The notes under the pieces were generated by a model. The model saw only the letters and a program-made list of their open reading frames with translations. It made no database searches and was not told the DNA's origin. A stretch of DNA of 64,000 nt from Camelus dromedarius (taxonomy: Eukaryota), in the NCBI RefSeq assembly GCF_036321535.1, contig NC_087436.1, positions 112,904,001-112,968,000 on the forward strand, in the 5' to 3' direction. The position numbers and the translations under genes were made by a program. Positions 53,570-64,000 of this stretch are shown piece by piece. The stretch's first letter is position 1; each line of letters opens with the position of its first letter.

Positions 53570-56300
53570 CTCTTGTGTCTCTTTGAAATGACCTCATTCA
53601 TCTTCTTTTTTCCCCCACTTACTTTCTGGCATAACAGGACTTTCCAGGATCATCTTGTATTTCCCCTAGCTCAATCCTGAAAGCAGCCAGTTCTCCAAGA
53701 AGCCCTGGTTCCTTCTAGAGGGCAGTAGTATATAGTAACCAAGGTTAGTGCATCATTGTGGGTATAACTCATATTTCTGTAATTGCTAAGGAAGTTGAAC
53801 ATCCTCTCATATGCTTATTGGCCTTTCATGTTTCTGACTTCTGGGAATGTCTTTTAAAATCTATGTGCAGTTGAATGGTGTGAAGCAGGCATCTGTTTTT
53901 TATTTTTTCCATGTGTAAGATTGGTGATCCCAGTACAATTTGTCATATATCAGGATTGAGGGAGTGACATTTGAGTGGATCTGTCTGGATTTTTTAATTC
54001 TCTTCCATTTTTCTGTTTGGTATGTGTGTGTCAGTACCACTGTACCTTAATTACCAGGGTCTCGTAAGTACCTGGATATATGATATGGTGGCCCTTCCCA
54101 CTGACTTCTTCTTCTTCAGAACTGTCTTTGTTATTTTTTGGCCCTTTGCTCTGCCATATATATGTTAGAATCAGCTTGTCAAGTTCCACTACAGATCGTT
54201 TTAAAAATCTGGTTTTATAGTCTTTGTCTTTTAACTGGAAAGTTTCATCCCTTTGCGTTGATTGTGATTATTGGTAAATATTTTAGACTATTTCTACTAC
54301 CTTATTCTGTGCTTTTTATTTTTTATTTTTCACACTTTTCCAATGTTTTTTTTTCTTCCCCACTCGCTTTACCCCATTTCACTACTTTATCTTCTGCTAG
54401 TTTAGAAGTTATACTCACTTTAAAAAATCCTTTTAAATTCTTAATCTAGAAATTTCAATATGAATATTTAACTTAAACTCTAAAATTAATAATTATCTTT
54501 GCCTTCATCTTGGAAAATACAGGGGCATTAAAATACTCTCATCAATCCTGTCCTGACATACATGCATTTCTTCAGGATTTTTGTCCTGTCCTGATTTTTC
54601 AACCACATCTTTTTATTATTGCTGTGATTTACAGTGTTTGCTGACTGACTCACAAATTTCCCGTTCTCTTCGCCTATCATTCTGTGCTGCATCTAGGATT
54701 TTCTGATAACCTTCCTTCCTTCTCTCTCTCTCTCTCTTTTTAAATGGAGCTACTGGGGACTGAACCCAGAACCTCGTGCATGCTAAGGATGCGCTCTACC
54801 ACTGAGCTATTCCCCTCCCTCCTTCCTTCTCTTTAAAGTGTATTTTTTAGAAACTTCTTAAGGGAGAATCTTTTGGTTGCAAGTTCTCCCAGTGTTTGTG
54901 TAAATGATAGTTTCACTGGATAGAAATGACTAGTTTGATGGTTATTTTCTTTTAGGCTTTTGAAGATGTTATTCCTTTTCTGGCTTTCACTTGTGTAGCT
55001 AAAAAATCCACTGGCCTAATTATTGTTCTTTTGTAGACAATCTGCATTTTCTCCCTAGCTGCTTTTAACATCATCTTTGTTTTTGTAGTTCCCTATGGTA
55101 TGCCTAAGATTTAATTTCATTTTACTTATCTTCTGTAGGATTCATTGGGCTTTTTGAATCAGAGAACTGTTGTCTTTCGTCAGACCTTGAACGTTCTCAG
55201 CTCTGTCTCTTTGAATATTGCTTTTCTCCTTTTATACACAATTCGGTCCTTCCCCTTCTCATCCATGTCTGTTAACCACTCCTTTATATCTTCCATTTTT
55301 TTCTTTCTCTGTGCTATACTCCAAGTAATTTCTTGGCGTGTGTATTACAGTTCACTAATTCTCTATTTAACTGTATGTAATTTAACTCTGTATTTAATTT
55401 TCTTTGCTGTCATGTTTAAACTGTTCAGTTTCTCATTTTAACTTATTCTTTTATTTCTACAAGTTCCATGTAGTACTTTTAACACTCTGCTTGTCAGTTC
55501 TAATAGTCTGTTGTTCTTTTGTTCTATTTTCAATTCCCTAGACTTCTTAAACTTATTAAACATACCTATTTTATATTCTGAATCTGATCATTCTAATAAG
55601 TGCAGGCTTTGCAGCCTGATTCTGCAGTTGGTTGTTTCTGCTAATTCCTACCTTCTTTCATAGTGACTTATTTCTTCACTGATGATCTTTTATATGTTCG
55701 TGTTTCTTGGAAATCTTTCTGTGGAAACTTTCTGAGGCTGAATTTAAAGGATGTTCTTCTAGAAGGATTTGTTTTTGCTTCTGACAAAAACTCAGGGCCA
55801 TTACCAATATGGACTACTTTAATTTTTTGTTGAAGTTTTTGGGGGTCATAGCGGTAGTGTAAATTTCAGTCCCAAATGTGAATAAATACAGCCCAGTGAT
55901 TAGGAATTCTCAGGAGAGACTTTTCCTTTTTTCTCTTCCATCCAGAGACAAGATTGAGCACAGGAGGTTTCTTTCTACAGGGCAGGGTATTTCCTAGTTT
56001 ACCTCCCAATGATTTTGCCCTTCGGGAGTCCCAGCTCTGTAGCTGAGTCTCTAATTCAGCCTTGCAGCCTACTCTAGCGCCACACTCTGTTTCCTGTCTC
56101 TAGCAGCCTGTGGCCCATTGAAACCGAGCTCTGGGCATCAGGAATTACAGGATGACCTCAGAGCGAACACTATTCCAAGCCCTCACCCTTGTAGAGTCTT
56201 GCTTTCTTGTTCCCTGTCTCTGGTTTCCTCCTCACCTTATTTCTATTTCAGTCATGATTTAAAACATGTTTTAAATATTTTACTCATAACTCTTAAGTGT
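53570..56300 (-). mobile_element. Highly degraded old L1/HAL1-like remnants
   Basis: T-rich antisense L1-like tracts (ccctagctgcttttaacatc, tctctttgaatattgctt, cagttcactaattctct); boundaries approximate. Confidence 0.55.
54726..54819 (-). mobile_element. tRNA-derived SINE (vic-1-like)
   Basis: aatggagctactggggactgaacccagaacctcgtgcatgctaaggatgcgctctaccactgagctattcccctccc; flanked by CCTTCCTTCTCT direct repeats. Confidence 0.8.
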
Positions 56301-57174
56301 TCTCTACTGGAGAAGGTTTCCGCATATCTTCTATGCTAAAGAGAATAGAAGTCCCTATTCTGGCTTTTAATAAAAGTTGAATAATAAAAAGGTAAATGAA
56401 ATGTGGAACACAAGGTGTTTATATATGCAAATAGGTGTATCATTACCTTATCCCTAAATTACAATATTAATGACTTATTAGCAGCAATTACTCTCTATAC
56501 TGTCCACCCTCCAGACAGTTAGGGGTTACAGTATCGACCTAAGAATAGCCCGTTTAACGTACAGTGTCTGTTCACGTGAGATCACAATAGGTCTGGTGCT
56601 CTGCAGGCAGAACATGGTGCATGTATATTTAATACATCAGCATGGATGCTTTTTGTGGTGATGGCCTATGTATATACTTAAATCTTGGAAATAATTTTTG
56701 CTTGTTTTGAATTTAATGATTAGAGCATTAAGTATAATACTGAATAGTTATCTTGCTATAATAGAAAGTGCATGAGTTTTGACATCAGAGGCCTAGATTC
56801 AAATTCTAGCAAAGTTATAGAGAACACGTAATGAAAACGTGTTTGTATAAGACGTGGAGAAAGTGTAGATACAGCATCTTCCCAGTGTTAATTTTCTAGC
56901 ACCCAACATAATGCCAGGGAAGCAGTAAGCACTCAGTACTTAACTGCTCACTGAATGGATGGACTAAGAATGATTATCCTCGCTGGCACCTTCAGACTCT
57001 GTTAAAGAAAGTAAGCCTCGTGGTACTAAAATAGTTGTAATCCTGACTTTAATCACCAATGACCTTGATATAGTTACTGTCCTAAGTACTGTGAAATACG
57101 GTAACTGAGAGGGCAGTACATTGAAATTTTAAAACCTTTTTAGCACCAACACTGATTGGCTACGAAATACTTAC

Positions 57175-57378
57175 TGCTGTTGCCTGGGGGTTGTTGGGGT
57201 AGGCATTAAGGAGCTCCTGAGGAGGGTTCAAAGGCTTGAGATAACGCGTAATAAAGACGGTCTTCCCACTGATGTCAATCACTGTTGTAAGGCACTGACG
57301 ATTTGGAAACTTTAGGGCACATTCAGCTTGAAACTTCTCTGTTGCTTGAAGCAATTTCTCATCTTCCTGAGAATCAAA
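57175..57378 (-). CDS. CC2D2A: CC2D2A exon (204 nt; [29 protein letters not shown]...NPQATA)
   Basis: ttaaag|TTT...GCA|gtaagt; ORF 57160..57354. Confidence 0.97.
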
Positions 57379-58233
57379 CTTTAAAAAGAAAGACTCTGTG
57401 GAATTTTTTTATGATTACAGGAGACGCAGTAGAACCTGTTCAGATCCCACAGTCAACATAAACTCAACATGTGTCAGGAAGCATGATTTAACGACCTCTT
57501 ACAGAACTGTCACGCCCTGGTGTTCCTGAAGCTTTGTTTAATTATATTTATAATCTAAAAATTAGATGGGTTCATTAAATACATTAAATATATCCAACAG
57601 GATTGAAAGAAAGTAGTCAACAGGCAAGCAGCGCTATGGAAATTACTGGGTTAATAAAACAACATATAATAATTAAACTATGATGTACTAATTCTGATGA
57701 GACCCAGCAATGGTTTTATTTGTATTTTGAGACTGGTTTTAGAGGGGAGAGGAGCTTAGAAATCTAGCATCTCAAATGCAAAGCCAAAGGAACTCATGTT
57801 AAAAGGACAACAAATTTACAGGTATTTATGGATATGTTCAAAAATTTGAAATCCATAATCAATGTGATAGATAACACTAACGTGTCTCAACGTACAAGGA
57901 AGCAGACCTAGAAATGTAAAATGTGTAATAGTTTTCTTAGGTGGTTTTCTGATCCAAGATGAGCCAAGTCCCAGACTTTTTAAAGTAACTCAAAACAGAT
58001 GAAACAGAACAAATTTCAGTTGTCTCTAGATGTATGGTGTCATTACTCCCTCCAGCAATTGCTGAAAAGTAGCATGAAAAAAGCAGATATTTAAATATTT
58101 TTATAAGAATTTTGTTGTTTAGTATAAAAGTATATGTATGATTGCTTATATTTCAAAGGATTTGAAGACAAATGCACAATTTTATTAGAAAATTAACTCT
58201 AAGTAGAATTTAGATTCCAGGCAGTACTTGACA

Positions 58234-58253
58234 GTATGTATGTATGTATGTAT

Positions 58254-58284
<31 letters not shown>

Positions 58285-58285
58285 T
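58234..58285. repeat. Compound microsatellite (TATG)n(TATT)n
   Basis: Seen directly in the sequence. Confidence 0.9.
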
Positions 58286-60079
58286 AGAAATTTGTCAGTT
58301 TTGTTCGTTTTTGAGGAGGGAAATACATCCAGCTATATCCCCTTCACACTCGGCTTTATTTTTTTAGCATTTAAATCTACTGATACATTCGTTTACTTTG
58401 TCTCCCTCATAGAGTAAGATTCCTGAAGTCAGGGATTTTGTTTTTATCAGTTTTTTATCTCCAGTATCGAGGATACTACTCAGCACATGATAACTGCTTA
58501 ACAAATGTTGTTGAGTAAATGAATGGGAACATAGAAAATATCCCATTACTTTTTTATGACTTTAAATACAATCTAAAATATCCTAATTGTTCTTGATCCT
58601 CTTATAATGGAGCTGGATTGTGGCTCTTGGTTCTAATTTGATTGTTGTATCCTGAGAAATTTGGGTAGCAGTTGTGGGGGTTAGGTAGGATGGGGGCATC
58701 TCCAGAAGCCTCCTATACGTTATCACTGGATGTCCCTCGACACCCGAATCTTAACATCGTCATAATCATAACCATCCACTACTCTGCAAAGTGCCAAGAC
58801 ATGGCAGCTACCAACTAGGTATGATGAAGGATAGATAAATAAATGAAAAAGGTGAGCTTATAAGACTTTGGTATGGGTGTGTCACAGACTCTTAAGGCAG
58901 AAATAATTGTAACTTTAGAAAGGTTAAGAATTACGAAATGGATGGGTGGTGTGAAAAAAAGCACCCTGTTGAATTCATCTGTGTTTCCTTCCAACTCACT
59001 AATTTACATATTTCTCCGATTATTTGAAAAGTGTTTGCTGAAAGTCTAAAAGGTTCCAGGCACTCTGGATTAATGTATATGAAATGGTACCCACAAGAAA
59101 CTGCTAGTCTAGAGGAGAACAGCAATAAGCAATCAGGCACTTAAAATACTTGACCAGAGATCCTACGGTGATAGACACAGTATGCTACCGAAGCATTGAT
59201 GAGAGGCAGCTGTTGGCACTGTCCAGCAAGAACAGGAAAGATCTTGAATCAGCCCTGACTACTGGCTGTCCAAGTTGAAAAAAGTATGTATAAAACCTTT
59301 CCTACCACTTGGACCTTTATGTACTGCTGTGTATTTTGACTCTAACCAGTGCTTCCTGAGAGCAGGGCTCATGTCGGAATCATCTGCGCTCTTCTCTGCA
59401 CTGAGTATGCAGAAGGTAAGCATTTAACAGGTATCTGTTAATGATCATTCATACTTATTTAGGCCACCAGGGTGCCATTCAATGGATTGAAACAGTAATC
59501 TAAGGAGTAGTGTGTTATGTTGGTAATCTAAGAAGTGCCAAGCGGAAGTTAAATAGTAAAAGGATTTGGGTCGTTTATTATGAAACAAATAAATGTGAAT
59601 CTGACAAATTCACAATCTGACTGAACATGAAATTTGGAAGATTCTTAACTGGGCCGATTCTTTGACCTCTAGGTTAATGTAAATATTTGCAGAAAACTGA
59701 ATGAGGTTGATTTTCCCTTTGAATACCTAAACTGTGGCAGCTCCACTGACCAGAAAGAACTGTCACAACCACACTGTTTCTGTAAGAAGCAGCCCATGGA
59801 TTTAAGGACCTGGAAACAGTGGAGGTAGCTCCCAGTACGCAAGTGACATTCAGACACGTGACTTCCCGATTCAGAGCTAAGTAAGAATCTTTCTGACGAA
59901 AAGAAATGGGCCAAAAGACAAAGCTGGACATTCTTCATGAATTACAGGCATCTGTAGTTCATGGCCAAGGGATCACACACATGTTAGGACCCAGCAGCTT
60001 CTGTTAGACGGCAGAGGACAGAAGCAGCTAATTGAAGCCTAATAACTATTGACTGATGACAAAACAAAACACTTAGTAC

Positions 60080-60100
60080 CTTTTTAAGCATGTCACTCAT
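60080..60100 (-). CDS. CC2D2A: CC2D2A alternative 21-nt microexon (MSDMLKK)
   Basis: cctctttttttctttcttgcatctgatag|ATGAGTGACATGCTTAAAAAG|gtactaag; in frame between two phase-0 junctions; peptide recalled from a mouse Cc2d2a isoform. Confidence 0.85.
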
Positions 60101-62250
60101 CTATCAGATGCAAGAAAGAAAAAAAGAGGAAACAAGAGGAAGACTTTATTAACAGAAATGATCTATTTAAAATTTTTTTTTCTGTTTTTCCTGAGACAAT
60201 GTAAAGTAGGGGATGTTAAAATAAGAATTTCAGGAGTTGCTACGAATTTTTTGGGAAGTTCTATGAGTAAATACCTTGAAAAAAAAATCATATGGATTGG
60301 TTCAATATGGGGTCATGGTGGAGAGAGCACTGATCTGCTAATCCTGAAAGTTGCTGTTAAGCAGAAAAACAATTCTGGGTTTGTGGTCCCTATGATTCAA
60401 AATGAGTGCTTCTCGGTCCTGAATAATCTGCAGGGGGTCACTGAGTGGTGGTTTCTGCCGCTGCGTGTGCAGGGCGCCGGGTTCTGTCAGTGCACAAGCC
60501 TTCCTTATCAAGGATCTCCAGGGTCTGCGTTCTGAAGGGGCTTCCTTATGCCTTCACTGTAAAGGTCTAAGAGCAACACTCCGTAACAGCCACAGCGGGG
60601 CAGTGAAATGCCACGGAAGGCAGCGGCTGACCGCTTAGACATCTCATTTTAAGGAAGGAAGGCTATAGGATCTTAAAAACTCCTGCATTGGTCAGTGCCT
60701 GGGAAGAACGCCTGACAGCAAGGACATCTCTGGTTTTCAGCCTCAGTCACACTGCTCGCACGTGTTTTGGAAGCTCACCTCCAGATGGAGTGCTTGCTGA
60801 CTGCGTCTGAAATAGCAAAATCATCTTTTATCTGAGAGTGTTCTTCTGGTAGACATGCTTGTTGGCTTTCTCTTGAGTTTATACATGAAGAAGAGCACTC
60901 TGAATACATGTTTCCCTCTCTAGAAATATTCTGAAATGTATATATGCTAACATGTTTTCTGGAGAACATATTTGTCACAGCGTTAGTGACAAATGCTAGC
61001 ATATGAGATTAATTTGAATTTCAGTAGATTCGTTTTTCCAACAATCCTTCATGTTTTCCTGTAAATGCCTTGCAAATAGGAAATAATGGTGGTATTTTTC
61101 TCTGTGAACCACATTGTAAAACTGAAAAAGAAACAGAGGAATGTGCTCATTCTTTGTCATCTCTGAGTCTTAATTACAGTGGATAAAGAGTCAGCATAAC
61201 AACATGTGCAGAATGGCTTAGTTAACCGTGTGGGCTCACGTATGAGTGTAAGCTCCGAGGAATTTTTAGCCACTTCTTTAGGCTGCTTTGTCCCCAGTAC
61301 CTAAAAAAATGCCTGTCATATAGAAGATGCTCAGTAAATATTTGTTGAAGACATATGCTTTAAAGTCAGACAGTTGTTTAATTGTTAGCTCTGCCATTTA
61401 CTGCCCGGGTGACCCTGGACAGTTGAGCCTCACTGCCCTCGTCTCTCAGTAGCAGACCCAGCGTACAGGACAGCTGTGAGTTTAAAAGAGAGGACATACA
61501 TCACTGTCTGACAGAGTAACAAGTCAATACATGGTGTTGGTGGAGGTTGTTATTACTGTATGAATTTATAATAATAAAAGGTCACGATCAATACTTTCTC
61601 CTAAATCCCATGAGGGCAGTATGCATCAGTGCTGCTCAAAGTATGTTAAATTAAGAAAGTATCTCCCAGTTATGAAGGTGGAGAAACAGATGCTAACAAA
61701 TAGAAGTCCTAGAAATTCTTTTTGTCTAGAGCTATGCAAAATTAGAGGACGTGTGCATATATTTATTTGTTTCTGTCTGAAGGCACTGAAATGGACTGTG
61801 GTGACCCCTGAGGGTCTTAGCTTTATGATCCTATGAATTGATTCAATATACAACACAACCAGGATTGTGAGGTCAGCCTTGGAAATGTATGTCAGCACCC
61901 TTGCCAATAAATGTCAAGATAATAGAGCAGCCTGCTTTTCCAGTCTGTCATATTTCGTTTTCTTCCTGTTGAGAAAATTCTTTGAAAAGCAAAGCATGTT
62001 CATATTTGTCTCGCTTTGCTAAAAGTTTAAATTGCTGATCGACGTAATTATTGACACAGTGGAAAAAACAGACTCACACAGCTGTTCTCTCACCTTTGTT
62101 CTGTCCAGACTAACAGAGTAATAAACAGTCGCTGAAGTAAGGGAATCTCTGCTTGTGCCATTTAGTCCAAGTTTATAAAAGTGGAGCCTGGCAAGCACTT
62201 CCCACGTTTCATCTGCGTCAGACGCGCGATTTCAAAGAGTATGCAGTTAC

Positions 62251-62427
62251 CTTTTCTCGAACTGACTCCCCGGGAACCAGCTGGGGCTCCAGGGTAATGA
62301 ACAGGGTGATGTAGGAGCCTTCACTGAGGCTTCGGACAGAGTCAAAACCCCGCTCAGCAATCACGCTTCGCTCCTTGCTGTAGCCCAGAAGAACTGGGGG
62401 AATATTGATTTTAAAGGTTCCTTCAAT
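62251..62427 (-). CDS. CC2D2A: CC2D2A exon (177 nt; [59 protein letters not shown])
   Basis: tcacag|ATT...AAG|gtaact; ORF 62218..62496; the gene continues beyond the window. Confidence 0.97.
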
Positions 62428-63554
62428 CTGTGAAGAAAATGCGACTTGGTAAGCCTCCTGGTGATTTTCCAACAGAAGTTCAAGGGCAAGTGTCAACTCC
62501 TCATCATCTGATGAATTTAGTAAACGCTGCTCAGACTGGTATTCAGGGCCCCACCCCCCTAACCTGGTCTCTCCAGGCTGGTCTCCTTAAGCTCGCATAG
62601 AAAGGGCTCTGTCTTTTCCTGCCTTCTCTCCTTAGTTCATGAGAGCATGTACAAATTATGCAAGTTGAAACCAACACCAGATTGCCTGGGCTCAAATCTT
62701 GGATTAAACTCTAAGTGACTCGGCTTCTGCATTTGTAAAAAGGAGACAGCAGTAGTACCTACTTTGTGGGGCAGTTGCGTGCACTCAAGGCTTAACAGAC
62801 GTAGAACACTAAGGAAAATGCCTGTCGTAAGGTAAGTGAGTGTCAGCTAGCGATCGGTCCCCTTCTCTGGAATGCCCCAGCTTCCTGTCTCCACCTTTTA
62901 GACTTCAGTCATTCTTCAAGGCTCGGGTCAGGTGTCATCTTCATGGTTGCTTTTGTTACCTCCGCCAGCCTCACGTACGGGGCACTGCTTTCACCTGTTG
63001 CACAGACACGTTCTGCCAGACTTTGTCGTCACGTGCATATTTATCGTATTTTTTAGATAATTGCTCTTTGCAAATAAAATCTGTGCACCCTTCTCCAATG
63101 TATAGCAGTGTTTTGTATTGAGTAGGTGCTCAATAAATGTAGGCTGAATGAATTTCAGGCCATTTACATGAAATGACCTAACTTAGGTAGAGGTTCAAAA
63201 AGGCAGAATTTTTAGTCCTGTGTAGTCAAAGCACCAGTGAGGTTACGAAAGACTGTCCACTGCTGCAAAACTACTGAGGCGAGCATCTGAGATTCACGGA
63301 CTCTCAAAGAATCCAATTTTTATTTCAGTCTTTTGTGGCAGTTATGTCTCAGGAGATGTAAGAGAAAGAACTTAATGCCCTCTAGAGAGGGATTAAGTAA
63401 GCTTTTGTTTATTTTCCTCCTTGCATTGGTAGAGCTCCCCCAAAGCCCATACCAGGCGGAAGAGGGAGAAGAGAGCATAAAGCCAGCGCCGTGTGAAGTC
63501 CAGCGGGAACAGCCGGCACGTCTGCTCTGCTGTCAACGAGACAGATGAGCCGGG

Positions 63555-63735
63555 AGGGGACCGGCAATGCTCACGTCTGGAGCTGGGCAGTGCTTTGTTC
63601 TGGAGAGCTGTCCTGTGCGTTGTGGGACGCTTGTAGTGTTTCTGGCCTCAGCACACTGGATACCAGTTGCACCCCTGCTAGTTGTAACAACCAAAAATGT
63701 CCTCAGATACTGCAGAATGTCCCCTGTGGGTTCAC
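63555..63735 (-). mobile_element. MER20 (reverse orientation)
   Basis: gctgtcctgtgcgttgtggg...ctggcctcagcacactggatacc...caaccaaaaatgtcctcagatactgc. Confidence 0.7.
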
Positions 63736-64000
63736 TTCAGAGCATGAGCTTTGGAAGCAGACAGACCTTTTAAACTGACAAACCTAATGCAAAATCAGTC
63801 TCAAAAGCAATACTGAAACAAATAAATGCAAACACTGAATAGCTCTCCTTTTACCAGTCTCCTTTAAGAATAAGCCAATGCAAGCATGTTGGAAGCTGGT
63901 AAAAGTTGAATTCCAGCTCTGCTGTAAGCTTTGGGATTTGAGTAGTTACTCACCCTTTTCTTCCATTTCTTCATCTATAAAATGGAGACAATAATGCCTA

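Noticed and set aside
54745..54819. tRNA gene-like sequences here and at 13275-13371 and 16120-16183
   Set aside because: They have AT-rich tails and TSDs and lack a proper cloverleaf; they are SINEs
60158..60535. 125-aa + strand ORF beside the microexon, and similar unassigned ORFs (10554..10979, 47710..48153, 48291..48686)
   Set aside because: No recognisable domain, low-complexity or repeat-derived composition, no promoter or poly(A) context

Overview
Mammalian genomic DNA, probably camelid judging from vic-1-like tRNA-derived SINEs and cetartiodactyl-type L1 3' ends. It holds the convergent 3' portions of two known genes. On the + strand, FBXL5 exons 3-11 span 211-29946 (1776 coding nt, equal to human aa 101-691: end of the hemerythrin domain, F-box, LRRs and C-terminal Fe-S cysteines), with poly(A) signal ~30620. 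On the - strand, the last nine canonical coding exons of CC2D2A span 62427-39972 (1269 nt), with poly(A) signal ~39861. All 18 exons have GT-AG boundaries and consistent phases. The rest is intronic/intergenic DNA rich in L1, L2, MIR, MaLR, MER20/MER5, Tigger1 and SINEs; most ORFs in the track are repeat debris or chance. I find no evidence of a wholly new gene system. The best hidden signal is an in-frame 21-nt CC2D2A microexon (MSDMLKK, 60080-60100), invisible to the ORF track, carrying SRRM3/4-type and Musashi-type motifs. Other notable items are inverted Tigger1 copies bracketing FBXL5 exon 10, a quadruple NAG acceptor, and several nested or TSD-marked insertions. Repeat subfamily names and cross-species comparisons are from memory and need RepeatMasker/BLAST confirmation.
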